From: Halocafeteria seosinensis
Lineage: Eukaryota
Direction of reading: 5' to 3'
Assembly: GCA_001687465.1 (NCBI GenBank)
Contig: LVLI01000287.1
Location: 1 to 47,063, forward strand
DNA: 47,063 nucleotides
The position numbers and the translations under genes were made by a program. A model generated the notes under the pieces. The model was not told the DNA's origin, ran no database searches, and worked only from the letters and a program-made list of their open reading frames with translations. Numbering within the stretch: position 1 is the stretch's first letter; every line of letters begins with the position of its first letter. Positions 1 to 12,000 of this stretch are shown piece by piece.

Positions 1-570
1 GGATTCGTCGAAGGCACGCGTCGCCACTGGTCTGTTTTTGTTGGGTACTGTTCGGAGCAGGTAGTTAATCGCGGGGATACAAGTCAACCGCAGGAGCAAG
101 TATCTATATTGAAGCGGGATTGTTTCTTCCGTCTGTACGGTGATTAGGTTCTGCAATTCCGTGATTTTCTTGAGACAAATATCATCCTCATAGGAGGGCT
201 TCCCTATGGGAGCACCCAGGACGACGATGCCCTCCGCCGTATAGTTCCATTCCAAGTCTTGCGTGTGGTGTGGGTCCGTTCCTGTGGGGATGCACATAAC
301 GGATTTTGCCTTGTTCAGGGTTAGGCCCGAGTTTAGAATTTCCGTCTGCAATCCGAGTGCAGCTTGGTTTACTGCTCCAATTTCCCCGGTTATGTAGATG
401 TCGTCCAGGTAGGCGTATGCCGTGATGTCTGGGTGCTGTTGGTGAAGCTGTTGTAGGGTCCAGTGCAGGCCTATGGCGAAGAATGCTGAGCTTAGTGGGT
501 CTCCTTGCCTGGTACCCTCTTTCGAATGGACTATGGTCTCTCCCAAGAACAGACACGGTGCTTTACCACC
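1..570 (-). mobile_element. 5'-truncated CRE-like non-LTR retrotransposon RT fragment, running off the left edge
   Basis: Not in the ORF track. My translation of the minus frame 570->1 is open: ...SKEGTRQGDPLSSAFFAIG...AYAYLDDIYITG...GLTLNKAKS...GIVVLGAPIG...YRYLLLRLTCIPAINYLLRTVP. It has the QGDPL and YLDD RT motifs and is collinear with the RT at 44.5-46.9 kb but is a diverged subfamily. Confidence 0.9.
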
Positions 571-1068
571 TTGCCTCTCAGAGAGTGTGTATTCAACTTC
601 AACTATAGCCTGATCAGGCTGAGCCTAATACTAGTATAAAGCCTCCTTGAAGGACCCACAGAAACCACTGAAATCAGTTACAACACGCATGGGGGACGGT
701 AGACCCGGACTACAGGTATCTTCCGGAGATGATCCCCCCTCAAGGTTCTTGAGCAAAGTTCATTGCATTTGCGTCAATCGACAGAACATACGGACATAAG
801 AGAACGCCGGCGTCGTGTCTTAATGCAAGCAATTTTCGGTCTGGTATTCCGTATAATCGGCTGCCCACAAACCTGAGCAGCAGAAACGAAGTGATGCCAG
901 GAATCTAACTAGCAAAACAGCATTCAAACAAACGGGGACAATAAGAATACATCGTCTCTTTTGTTAAACATGGAAATCAGCTTTCTTCTTCAGCTCCCTC
1001 AATACTGGCCCTTCCCACACGACTTACAGCGGTTACATCGGGAATAGCAACGATAGCTTCTTGGCCGA

Positions 1069-4000
1069 TCATGCTCGATCTCTCCTCTTAAAGGCAGGCA
1101 GCCCAAGGTCGGCAGACTGAACATTCCTTTGTAGCACTGGGTCGTTTTCCTCTATTTCTGTCAATCGGCCCTGAACCTCCTCAGAATAGAAACTGAAATG
1201 TTGTTCCGTATTATCACTTTGTATACTAATATTCTGGATAGGAAACCCTGACTGCGCTTGTCCATCGTTCTCAGTATTGGCTCTACAGTGTTCCATTTCT
1301 TCGAAAAAGTGTGGAAATGGACTGTCCGATTTTATCCAATGTTTCAATCGAGCCAACATAACTTCATCAGACTCTAGGGGAGAGCTAATCAACGCAAGAT
1401 CCTCCCTTGCGTGCTCAAACACAAACGTACTCGTATCCAACGACTCGACTATATCTTTTTCCTCCGACCTTGATTCCTCGTTGGCACGTTCCACCGTGTG
1501 TTGGTCACTCTCGTAGTGTTTAGTGCCCTTATACGAAGGAGTTGCATTAAAAAGTAGCTCCAGTGTATTTGCATGTTGCCCTGGATCATATGTGCGCCTG
1601 AAGTCACTGTATGGCTTATTGCGGGCTTTCCGATTCAGATAACCGGCGTCGGGCTTGCCGCTGTCTGATTTTTGTTGTATGTCCTTCGCCTCTGTCCTCT
1701 CACTGGTAGCCGGACCCATTGTCCATCCCATGAAGGGGTTATCCAAATCATCATCGCTGTCATTCTTGTCGCCTCCAGCGGAGGGTGTGCTTGAAGAATA
1801 ATGCCGAGAAGATACGTTTCCCGTTACTCTTGAGTTGTCCCCACTTCGAGGTACACCCATAGAATACATAGCTTCTTTTAAATTGTAGCCAGTGGCGGAA
1901 AGCTTAAGGGATACCCTGGTATTCGACGGCTGAGTCTCTAAAGAAGAAGACGCAACCTCAGAACTTCTGCTGCCGTATCCTGTGTTCTTGATTTCACCTT
2001 CAGATGAGATGGCTACAAGTTCGTGCTGGGAACCACTGCGATGATTGACTCCCTCTGTTTTCGAATTGAACCGGACTACGATTTCATTCGACGCGGTCTT
2101 GCGTATGTTCGTTTGTACCAAGGGCCACAGCGAACTGAAGACAGTTTCATCCCATATTCCGCACGCCGCCATGCTGTAAAGGAGAGTGAGAGCTTGTACA
2201 GGACCAAACAAGTGTGCTCCAGATTCGTTGCTCTTATTGGAGACACCCGGACGAATGTTTTCCAAACTCACATTACTTGAGTTCTCCACGTCACTTTTCA
2301 ACAGGGGGTTTTCTAAATCAGATTCATTGGCAAACACTTCAGAGTCGCTGGAAGATACGGCGACATCTTCTTTATCGGATGCAGGAATATCTTCTTCGTG
2401 GGGCCAAGCTGCAGCTATTGAAGAGGGTAGGTCCGCAGCGTATAGATCTTGGATACCGTTTGTGCGGTCATTGGACATGCTGCTTGCTGCAGTGTTATCT
2501 GCGTTGAACTTTTGAGTGACAAAATCCCGTATATGCCACGCAAGCTCGACAATAATATCTCGCTCCTTAGCCGAGATCCATAAGGGAGTTCCCTCCCGAT
2601 ACACATTTTTTTCAGTGTGCTCCCTGCGCATACCGAAGGGGAGATCGTGTTTGTCTCCTCTAGCTAAAGCGTCCCTAAACAATGCTCCCTCTGCCAAACC
2701 ATAAGCCAACCGGGTAACATGTATGCTCGGATGCATCACCGAAGCACGCTCTCGAAACTGGAGAGAATCCGGTAATCTGCAGTATGTCGATCTAACGAGG
2801 GCATCGAAGTATGGCATTCTGATCCTGGATGGATGTAATAAATAGTCATTCAATGGCTGGCTAGAAATCGCCTTGTCAATCCCATTGGACCACTTCTGAA
2901 TATCTGATAACGGTGCAAACAAGCGCAGACGAGCAGATGAGTAAAACAGAGCTGCGAGCTCGTGAGCTCTAGAAAAGAACGCTACGCCTCGTCCCTGGAC
3001 GAAATGTTTGCTCCGGCAATTGCGTAGGAACTTCTCAACTGACGTCTGGTCTTCAGAAGTTGGTTGATAAAATAAATCATGCGCTCCGGTTACTTCTCCA
3101 ACCCCACCTATTGGAGTTGCTGTTGTACCAATCAAGCGTTTGTCATTTACACCAGAAGGTTCTGATATCTTTCTTTGTTGAAGTTCCTCATGATGAGCCT
3201 GAAGCACGGTTCGTCTAATTGTTTGGGTGCGTTCTGCAAGTAGATCCATCCCCGCGGTTTCACTATCTTCCCCAGAAACCCGATTCTCGGCACTCTCTGC
3301 ACTGCCTTTCCAGCGATCGACCAAAGTTGTGCGGTTTTTCTGGGACCCTACATCAGTAAGTTGATAAAGCAATATGGAGCATAGCTCAAGGTCTGGAGTG
3401 TCCGTAAGAGAAGCTGCCGTGAGAATACTGGCGAAATCTAACGGTTTAGTCTGGTTTTTCAGTAGAGCTGCTTGGCTCAACAGAAGCTGTATTGCAGTAT
3501 CAGAGTCCACACCAGTATGCCGGACTGAAGCAAACGCCAAAGCGAGAGTTGACAACTCTCGCGCTCTCATGTGCTTTACTAGCGTTGCTGTCCTCTGAGC
3601 TATCGCTTGGAAAAAGCTCCCATAATGGATGCCCAGTCGGGCTGAGCTCCAAGTGAGATTCGCCAACGATATTGCTTGGAACTCACCGAGTCTCGACATG
3701 GCTTCATTAGCAATTTGCCACGCGAATAAAGCATCTGGTCGCTGCCTTGTCCGAGCGAACGACCACAATAATAGCGCTAATCCTTGAGCCGAGCAGTCCT
3801 GGAGTAGCGACGCCGCATGGCGCGTGACAGCATCAAAAAAATCCGCATGAGCATAGCGAGCCCTTCCGTAAGCATAAAGAGCTAAGACGAGTCCTTGAGG
3901 GGTAAGTTGATGCAATCTTGGCATCAGGAAATCAGCACACGACTCGAAAAGGGGGTGGTATGCCCAATACCATTGTCCGAAAGCATACAGTGCATTCACT

Positions 4001-4740
4001 ACAGCCCGAGGATCGACCTTACCGGGATTGTGTGTAATAGAAGAGACGATCAAGTCGGCACCTTTTAGCATCAGCCCGCTCACCCGATCGGCTGGTTTCG
4101 GAACTATTCGCCCAACTGCATGGAGTATCAAACTACTTGCTCGCGGAGGGAACTCATTCGGGACGCTGGACATTAAATCTTGGGCATAATCTGTAAGCTC
4201 AAAGAATCGTGGATCCTGCGCAACCACAACGTGAAGCCAAGAGTCATAAAAAGTTTCTTCGATAATGATGTGAACCGATTGGGCACAACGTACCTCTGCA
4301 GCAGCTTGCCGATTCTGGCCTTTGACCATATAGTTAAATGAAGCCGCTACTACAATAGGGTTGAACAGTTCCGTGTCCTTGTACTGTTTGAATCGGGCGA
4401 GGACTACTTTGTGGGCTGGCTCGGGCGACTTGTGCACTTCGGTCTTGAGCAAAGCCACCAACTGCCGTGGGTCTGAAAGCTCCCTCCTGGGTAATGGTTG
4501 ATATCGTCCATCATCGCGGAAGTGACCTGTGGCGGCCGATAAGTTTCGCTTCTGTATTTCTGTCCTCTCCTCAATCCAGCTATCCACTGTCCACCGCAGA
4601 CTTGACGAGGGTCTCCCTCCTCCTGATGGCGACGAAAATCGCCGTATAGAGAACGTATAAGGGTGGAAAATGGAGGAAAATGAATAGCGACCCCGTCGTC
4701 GCAGGAGGAGTCCCGGACGGGAGCCTCCTACTAGTGCCAT
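1069..4740 (-). CDS. Organelle (probably mitochondrial) helical-repeat RNA-binding protein, HPR/OPR/FASTK-like
   Basis: Likely start MALVGGSRPGLLLRRRGRYSFSS (Arg/Ser-rich presequence). Repeats of ~37 aa: PRAVVNALYAFGQ, TPQGLVLALYAYGRA, SAQGLALLLWSFAR, QAISLANLTWSSARLG, RARELSTLALAFAS. Probable in-frame 78-nt intron 4216-4293 (GTACGT...GCGCAG). The ORF track start at 4902 is a non-ATG extension. Confidence 0.7.
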   Translation of the reverse strand: MALVGGSRPGLLLRRRGRYSFSSIFHPYTFSIRRFSSPSGGGRPSSSLRWTVDSWIEERTEIQKRNLSAATGHFRDDGRYQPLPRRELSDPRQLVALLKTEVHKSPEPAHKVVLARFKQYKDTELFNPIVVAASFNYMVKGQNRQAAAEVRCAQSVHIIIEETFYDSWLHVVVAQDPRFFELTDYAQDLMSSVPNEFPPRASSLILHAVGRIVPKPADRVSGLMLKGADLIVSSITHNPGKVDPRAVVNALYAFGQWYWAYHPLFESCADFLMPRLHQLTPQGLVLALYAYGRARYAHADFFDAVTRHAASLLQDCSAQGLALLLWSFARTRQRPDALFAWQIANEAMSRLGEFQAISLANLTWSSARLGIHYGSFFQAIAQRTATLVKHMRARELSTLALAFASVRHTGVDSDTAIQLLLSQAALLKNQTKPLDFASILTAASLTDTPDLELCSILLYQLTDVGSQKNRTTLVDRWKGSAESAENRVSGEDSETAGMDLLAERTQTIRRTVLQAHHEELQQRKISEPSGVNDKRLIGTTATPIGGVGEVTGAHDLFYQPTSEDQTSVEKFLRNCRSKHFVQGRGVAFFSRAHELAALFYSSARLRLFAPLSDIQKWSNGIDKAISSQPLNDYLLHPSRIRMPYFDALVRSTYCRLPDSLQFRERASVMHPSIHVTRLAYGLAEGALFRDALARGDKHDLPFGMRREHTEKNVYREGTPLWISAKERDIIVELAWHIRDFVTQKFNADNTAASSMSNDRTNGIQDLYAADLPSSIAAAWPHEEDIPASDKEDVAVSSSDSEVFANESDLENPLLKSDVENSSNVSLENIRPGVSNKSNESGAHLFGPVQALTLLYSMAACGIWDETVFSSLWPLVQTNIRKTASNEIVVRFNSKTEGVNHRSGSQHELVAISSEGEIKNTGYGSRSSEVASSSLETQPSNTRVSLKLSATGYNLKEAMYSMGVPRSGDNSRVTGNVSSRHYSSSTPSAGGDKNDSDDDLDNPFMGWTMGPATSERTEAKDIQQKSDSGKPDAGYLNRKARNKPYSDFRRTYDPGQHANTLELLFNATPSYKGTKHYESDQHTVERANEESRSEEKDIVESLDTSTFVFEHAREDLALISSPLESDEVMLARLKHWIKSDSPFPHFFEEMEHCRANTENDGQAQSGFPIQNISIQSDNTEQHFSFYSEEVQGRLTEIEENDPVLQRNVQSADLGLPAFKRRDRA

Positions 4741-5017
4741 TATCTCCCTCCAGACACTCTGTTTTCCAGAGACAACTTCACTAAAGAGGCAACAACGTTT
4801 CAGGGTCAATAAAACAAACACTGTAATATACAGGGAAGCTAAGCCACAAAGGCGGTTGGTGTCAGCGCCAACTTCAACTTGAGCCCCATTTCGTCCATTC
4901 ACTCCAGTTTCGTGTTTGTATAGTCTAACATGAGATAGTATATGTTGTTTGGATTGATCGTTGGTGTAGATGCTTAGAGTAATTGGGATAATAAAGGGGA
5001 AAACAGCAAACGTGAAG

Positions 5018-5750
5018 ATGGCAGGACTAGCACGGGGCTATGCACAGTGGTTAATACCTCGATTGTTTGCTCCACAGCTCGTTTTCAGGGTACCCACGGC
5101 TTCATTTAGGACGCTAGCAACTACTCGCAGCCTAGTTCGTGTGGGACAGAGATACTTCTCCAATACAGAGAATCAACCAGAGGAGAGTACCAGTCACCAG
5201 CCTGGACACCAGGAAGATGCTACTGGAGCTACAGCTGAAGAAGCGGCAGCATCAACAACAGACGCGAACAGTGACGGACGCCCGGATGAGAACGAACTAG
5301 CATCCATGTATGGATATCATGAGGTATGTCGATTGTCCCCGGTCTCTCCGCATGGTCCACGAACCCTTTCATCTTTGTTGCTGGCAGGCGCTTGTGTATC
5401 ACTGGAGGCAAGAAGGTGCTTTGAGATGGGAATGGATAAATCGAATTACAGGGCAGGATCAGCTGGTTTCTTTAGTTAACCGCTTCGCAGTTATGTCTAC
5501 GCCTTGCCCCGAACTGTATGAAGGTCTCCAAGATAAATTCAAACCCATGCTTGGTGAAATGGAAGGTCCATATTTATCAACAGTTGCATACGCTTTCGGT
5601 GCTCAGAAGTCGGGTGACGATAAGTTCTGGACGACTCTTATAGAACGAGCCAATGCTCTAAAAGGGCATTTAGCAGAGCATGAACAGAATAACATAGTTA
5701 AGGCTCTGGAACACATAGGGAAGACCCAAGAAGCTTCTCAGTTAAAATAA
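5018..5750 (+). CDS. Small putative mitochondrial protein with a FAST/HPR-like helical repeat (2 exons, ~222 aa)
   Basis: Presequence-like N-terminus MAGLARGYAQWLIPRLF...RYFS. Intron 5324-5387 (GTATGT...TGGCAG, phase 0) joins ORFs 4970 and 5310 in frame. Repeat-like segment MEGPYLSTVAYAFGAQKSGDDKFW. Confidence 0.65.
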
Positions 5751-6040
5751 CAATCCAAATTTCTCTCTGGTTACGACAATACCTACGAACACAAAAATGA
5801 GCTGAGCTTACAACTCTATTGACTATAGTAGAGCAAATAGACGCGAAGGGACAGTATCTTGTATCTTTCCGGTTGGGGGTGGCCGAAAAACTTCTTGAAC
5901 TGTTGTGTCAGATCACTTCTCCCTAGCATTCTCCATGATTTCCACGTGTTGGTAAGGTTGGTCTGGGTTCACGTGCACGTATACAAGTGCGTGTTTGTGT
6001 TTGCATCATTGTGTATCTACCTGGCGCTACATAGACCAAA

Positions 6041-9000
6041 ATGGAGAGTGGAATGGGTAGCTCGGGGCCTCATCGGGAACATTTCCGAGGCCATGGACGC
6101 TTATTTCGTTGGGATCCCCAGCGTAATCACTGGAGTATATTAGGCTCAGGCGCTGTTCTCGTAACCGAGAACCCCTCCAATGGGCACTGTAAACTCCTCA
6201 TTCGGAAGACGAAAAAGGGCAAAGAGATCCTCATGTATCATCCGATTGATCCTCAATGCCGTCTGGTATGTTCTATCCTTCTAATGCGCTTTTCCCCGTG
6301 GATAAGGCTTACAAATGCATCCCTGTGACTTTAAAATGTTGATATGCAGGGCTCAACGCAAGAACCCCGTGAATGGACCTTCCAAGCCCCTCTGTACAAC
6401 CCAGAAGATGGGACAATATCCCAGGACCTACACATGTTTGGTCTTCGTCTGTCAAGTGCTGATGAAGCGCAAGACTTCCAACGACGGTATGATGAGGCTC
6501 GACAGCGTATGGAAGACATTGGAGGTAGCCAAGGGCAGTTCAAGCAGGCTGCTTCACCCACCCAAATGCCTCAAATCCCGGAAGAAGGGGATGAGGAAGA
6601 AGACCAGCACAGTCGGGAGTTCCAAAAATTCCTTGACTCTAACCAGTACACACTGGAAGGTGTTTTGAAATACGAAAAAGTGTTTGGTCACGGCTACGTT
6701 TCCACCGGGGGATACGAAACGACCAAGGCATTCCTCCCATTGATGAAGTTGCAGCGGGGAGAGCATGTGTTTGACTTGGGATGCGGCGTTGGCGGTGGAG
6801 ACTTTGAGATGGCTCGGAAATACAAAGGTTAGTCGTGATAGAAGCCGTGCTGCTTCACTAGAGCACTGGTGTACTAATGCTTGTTAATTTCAATCCACAG
6901 TGTCCGTTCTTGCGATTGACCTCTCTGCCAACATGTTAAGAGTTGCGGCCGACCGAGCACGAGAAGCCATGGCTGACGGGGAAGACATTGACGTAGAATT
7001 CAAAGAAATGGATGCAACAACAGCCCAATTTGGTGATGAGAGTTTTGACGTCATTTACTCTAGGGATACTATCTTGCACATTGAGGATAAGCACGATTTG
7101 TTCCGCAAGTGCTACCGCTGGTTGCGTCCTGGTGGACGAATCCTCATCAGTGACTACTGTCGAGGCGAAAACAGTGATGAAGAATTTCGCGAATATGTTA
7201 AGCAACGAGGATATCATCTTCTCACAGTGCCGCAATATGGAAAGGTATTGGCAGAATCTGGATTCCAGTACGTGGATGCGAGAAACGTCACCGATCTATT
7301 CACTGAGAGTTTGCGTAGGGAACTCAACAAAACCGAAAAACTGGAGGACCAGTACATAAGGTAAGATCACCGATTTCGATGTGCATAATGCTTCTTACTG
7401 ATGGGATAGTCTTTTATTTTTTTCCTCCGGTGACTTCGGTGAGGAAAGCTTCAAGAGCATCACTGACGGGTGGAAACGAAACCTCCAACGCTATGAAAAC
7501 ACACACACACATATGTGACAGACTGCGAAAAACGTTTCCAACAGTGGGGACTCTTCTTCGGATACAAGCTTCCTTCACCGAAAAAAACACATTGGGACAT
7601 CCCAAATTCCAAACTGCCAGGTAAACGGGAAACTGTCGGCCATCCAAACACTGGAAGATGGGTAAAATCTTATTTCTGCTGCAATGAGGAGATTCGGCGC
7701 CAGGCCATAGTACGAGGAGCAATCGCAGGCCTAGGAGTGCTCACACTAACTGTAAGCCTAATGAAGGACGAATCGGGTCAGAGTCTCAGAGGCGTGGAAT
7801 CTGTGGAGGGTTCAAACACTTAGGCCGCTCAATTACCAAATTCCCGGCCGGTGGGCTATCTGTCACATTTGTGTGTGTGTACCAAAGGTAAGAGTTTATT
7901 CACGGGCTCATCTGCTTCTTCTGGACCAAGCAGTGGTAGTCCACGTATGCCTCCTCGTGGCGGTGCCCGCCAGTACCGTTAGACGCGTTTTGGCAAGTCA
8001 AGTTGGTTTGTTTCATGTCTAACTTGTACTTTAATACACAATAAGCACCAAAACACTAGATTTGACCAGCAGACATGTACAGTTGGATCTTCAAGCCTGA
8101 TTCACAAGGGGTGTGTGTGTGAAAATTAATTTTTTCTTTCATGGACCATGGTATTGTTCATTTCAACAAAAGGATTGACTACTTTAATATACAATAAGCA
8201 CCAAAACACTAGATTTGACCAGCAGACATGTAGTTGGATCTTCAAGCCTGATTCACAAGGGATGTGTGTGTATGGGGTCTTTCTTCCATGGACCATGGTA
8301 TTGTTCATTTCAACAAAAGTATTGTCGTCGCGTACATGAAGAGCAGAGTGAACAATGAGTAGCGCTGTTAGTACCACCCAGCTGGGGGAGGAGTGGCTCA
8401 CTTTCTTGGCATGGTGGAGTGAGTTTTGTGAAGACGATGTTGCACAGATGTTGCAATCTGGTTTAGGAGCCGTATGCAAGGCTGCTCGGAATGAAACTGG
8501 TCTTCGATTCGCTTGACGCATCCCAAGTCAGCTGCCAAGTGCGCCACCAGCACCGGCTGCGTCTGCATGGAAGTCGACTCACAAATGATAGTGGGTCACA
8601 TACGTGACAGATAGCCCACAGGCCGGGGAGTTGACCGCATCCTCTTAACGAGGAGCGGTATGCGCCCGCAACACTGGGTTTGCTCAAGAGGCATCGCGGT
8701 GCCGCCATGCCTGCGACAACTATGTCAGGATACCTACAACGCTCAGCCTGGGAAGAGACGGCCCTGTGTCCGCCACAGCGACGCTAGGACCGGTTGCAGC
8801 AGCGCAGTTAGGATTAAACGTTGGTCCAGACGAGCAGTTGTCGGCCATTGACATGCCGCCACCTGACGTGGGAAGGTGCCGCCCCAGGAGTTCCGTCCAC
8901 CTCTGTTTCGTCAACATGGCCCATGTTGTAGTACATCTCCTGCTCGAGGTCAAAGAAGATGCAGCTACCCAGGTCCTTTTGAAGCCACGAAACCGGTTCC

Positions 9001-12000
9001 CACGTCCGTGCTGACTTTGGGTAGCCCTTTGAGTGGACGACAATCCGCTTGTGGATCCTGAAGTCGATAAACCTCTCGACATAATCTACCGTGTGTGTAG
9101 CTCTAGGCGGCCAGTCTAGGCAAGAAAAACCATTTCCCATTCGGTTGTTTGACGCGGTCTTCGCCAAGTGGTCGGCAGTCGTGTTTGAAGCCTGCGTCAT
9201 GGTTGCGTATTAACCTATTCTCAGCGCTCCTCACCATTGGGAGGTTCGAAAAGTGGTCCGAGCCCTGTGGGATGAGCTTGTCCTTGAGACACTGGGCTTC
9301 GCCACTCATGTGTCTGTGTACATTAGAACGGTGTAACAAGAAGATTTGCCTCCAATATCACATCAAACAAACCGAAAATTCTAAAACAAGAAAGGACAAA
9401 ACCAGGGGAGTCAATCCTTGGTAGGGTCCAAATTTTGTAGCGCATGGGCAAAATGGACGCAAAATTACCTGTGCATGACCTCCCTATTTGTGTGCATCCT
9501 CGAGTTTCTGTAGCATTGATATGAGTCGATGTTTATGACTTAGGATCATCATATGTACAGTATTGGCTGTTGAACTGGGAAGTCACGTCACATTTGTCTC
9601 AATTCATTTACTTGCTCCGCCCACAATACAAACAGAGGGAACGGACTGTATCAACCAATTGTTGCAAAGTGCTTATAAGGAAATGTCCCGTCAGCGAAGC
9701 GAGAAAATGTACGATTTGGCATTGAGAGTCAGGAAACGTGGCCATAGTTTTACCGAGAACGTGTTACGATACACAACCATGAAACCCTATTTTTGCTGGC
9801 CATGGCTAGGACTATGACCATGGGACACATACGAAACAAATTCACGAGAATTTCTTTGCCGACAACGACAACGGCGCGGGTAAACATGGTAACAACGAAG
9901 TCAGATTATGATTCTAATGATTCACGAATTGTGTTGGAATTTCGATTTATACGTACGTTTGCTCCGAAAGATTACCGATGGATCTTGGAATTTGCTCGTT
10001 GTCCATTGTTGGCACAATGCTTGCGCCCCTCGGGGACTGGGGACCGCTTGGAATAGGCCGAACAGAAAGAGTCCCATCTATTCGACGAGTAGTAAATGGG
10101 CAATCATTCTTGGAGTTGGTGAACCCCATCATGGAATGCTAAATGACATAGTTCAGCAAATGTTGCCGAAATACACCATTTCAAGCAAACCCAAACCATA
10201 AGCTAAGCCAAAGTGACAGTTCAGGAACGAGTTCAATGGTCTCAGTCGTTCGTTGAACGAAGCCACTCTCGTACAACAGGTTCGGCAAGAAACCCGTCGT
10301 TTCTAGCGCCCAAGTATCTCCACTGTGAAACTACAGTTTTCTTCAATTCTTGCAGACCATTGGGGCGGAGACAAGGGCAAATGTCGTCCAACCACTGCGC
10401 AGTGAATGTATCAGACGACGTCGAACGTCTACTATTCCGTGGTAGAACCTGTCCATTGACGTTATGTTTCTCAAAGTAAGAATCAACTAGTATCTCCTCC
10501 TCACTCTCAAACCAGGAACGCAGAACCTCGGCTTGCTGCTTTCGAAGTTCCAGCTGGTTGTGAACTACCTGGGTATATGCTGGGCCTAAGAACGGTAACG
10601 TATTTATGTCTTGGCACAGCGTGTTGATGAGTTTTTTCGCTACCTCCACGACCAAATTATCTGTTGCTGCCACATAGCACATACAAAGTCCTACGTAACA
10701 GAAATGGAAGAAAGTTTTCTCGTCTTGTTCTCCACCGGCATCGTGCGCGGGGCGATACGCATGATATAACAAACAGAGTTTATCGATAGACGCACTGAAT
10801 TCTTCCGACGCAAGAAGAATAAGTTTGCTAAGTTGCACACACAAGACTCCCGTCGGTTGCTGGAGAGTTTGATTCGTGCGGATCGCGAGATCAAGTAGCT
10901 CGTAAGCTCCATTCATATCTCGATGGAACAGAATCTCAATCAAATGAGACAATTTATCGTCATAACGAGCCTTATACCGTATCAGCAATCTATCCGTAAT
11001 TATCGGAAACTGGATGAGGAAACGAGTAACAGCCTGTGTCAACCTCTTCCAACATACATGTCTCAAGATACCCATTGTTCCGACGGGATGAAGAAACGGA
11101 TGAATGCGTCTTGCCCAATCATTCCGAACAAGAAGTCCCATGCCCAGGCGTCCGTAACTTCCAAGATCCGACCTTAACTCCTTTATCAAAGTTTGTGTAG
11201 ATGAAAAACCGTGACTTGAATGGTCAAATCCCCCCATGAACAACTCAATGATCGATAATCGTTCGACAAAGAGAACAAATTTATCTTCGCCGTCGCATAG
11301 ATGTTGGATGACCGGCTGTAAAAGGCAACAACGACCACGCAAAGCGGTGAGCACCGCTGAATAGTTCGTACGCAGCCATGGGTCAGACCGATTCGAGTCT
11401 ATCTCGCGCTGCAAGACGGACAATGCGTCCGTGGAGGATGGAAACCATGCACGAAGGACTGATAGCATATTTGACATTTCATCAATGGATAAGACAGGAG
11501 TAAATACAGCATCATCGTCCCTGAAAGGAGCATCATTGAGGGATACCAGTAGCACACGTGCTTCTGAAGGAAGCCTTGCTGTCAATTTCGCTCGTGCCTC
11601 ATGAAATAGCATCTTCTGACACAGAAAAACGTACGCATGCGCTTCCTTATATTGTATCGCCAGGATATCATTTATCTCAGTTCGTTTGTTAACGTGTCGA
11701 ACAGTAACCTGAAGAAAATAGTCCGACAAAGTTCCTCGAATAGTCGTGTCTAGCGCTCGCATGACAGCTGTACGCAGTCCACAACGCATAACAATTCTTG
11801 ACAAGTGCATTTCACCGTATTTACACTGACGTTGTTGCATGCTCACAAGTCGATTCGAAAAGAGCTCGCATAACGTGCTCGTAACTGTCCTATCAACGTC
11901 AACACGATCTTGTCGGCCCAAGAGTTGCGCGGTCAGCGGCGTTTCGCCGCTGAGAAATCGGAAGATATCACCGATCATGTGATCCTCTACGACTGGCTTG

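Larger units (their letters stand above)
7431..7982 (+). pseudogene. Decayed copy of PMT exon 4
   Basis: Acceptor AG->GG at 7429-7430. Frameshifting insertions at 7500-7522, 7783-7790 and 7841-7879. About 19 substitutions in the first ~310 bp versus the open copy at 16041-16497. Confidence 0.9.
6652..8480 (+). repeat. Direct segmental duplication, copy A (PMT exon 2 3' part to LRR gene 5' end)
   Basis: Aligns with 15268-16844 from ACTGGAAGGTGTTTTGAAA to GCCGTATGCAAG. It is longer than copy B because of two retro-insertions, an 8-bp insertion and a ~150-bp tandem duplication. Confidence 0.97.

Noticed and set aside
188..556. 122-aa ORF from the track
   Set aside because: Alternative frame over the RT fragment; the RT frame carries the conserved motifs.
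8363..8480. 118-bp identical stretch with 16727-16844 as a second recombination pointer
   Set aside because: Crossover here would retain the broken exon 4 and not repair PMT. It does show that gene conversion or assembly homogenisation can create identity tracts, which is a caveat for the main finding.
9400..10240. Short ORFs and a possible transposon end in the cargo
   Set aside because: No recognisable domain and no matching inverted end near 15267; probably decayed sequence.
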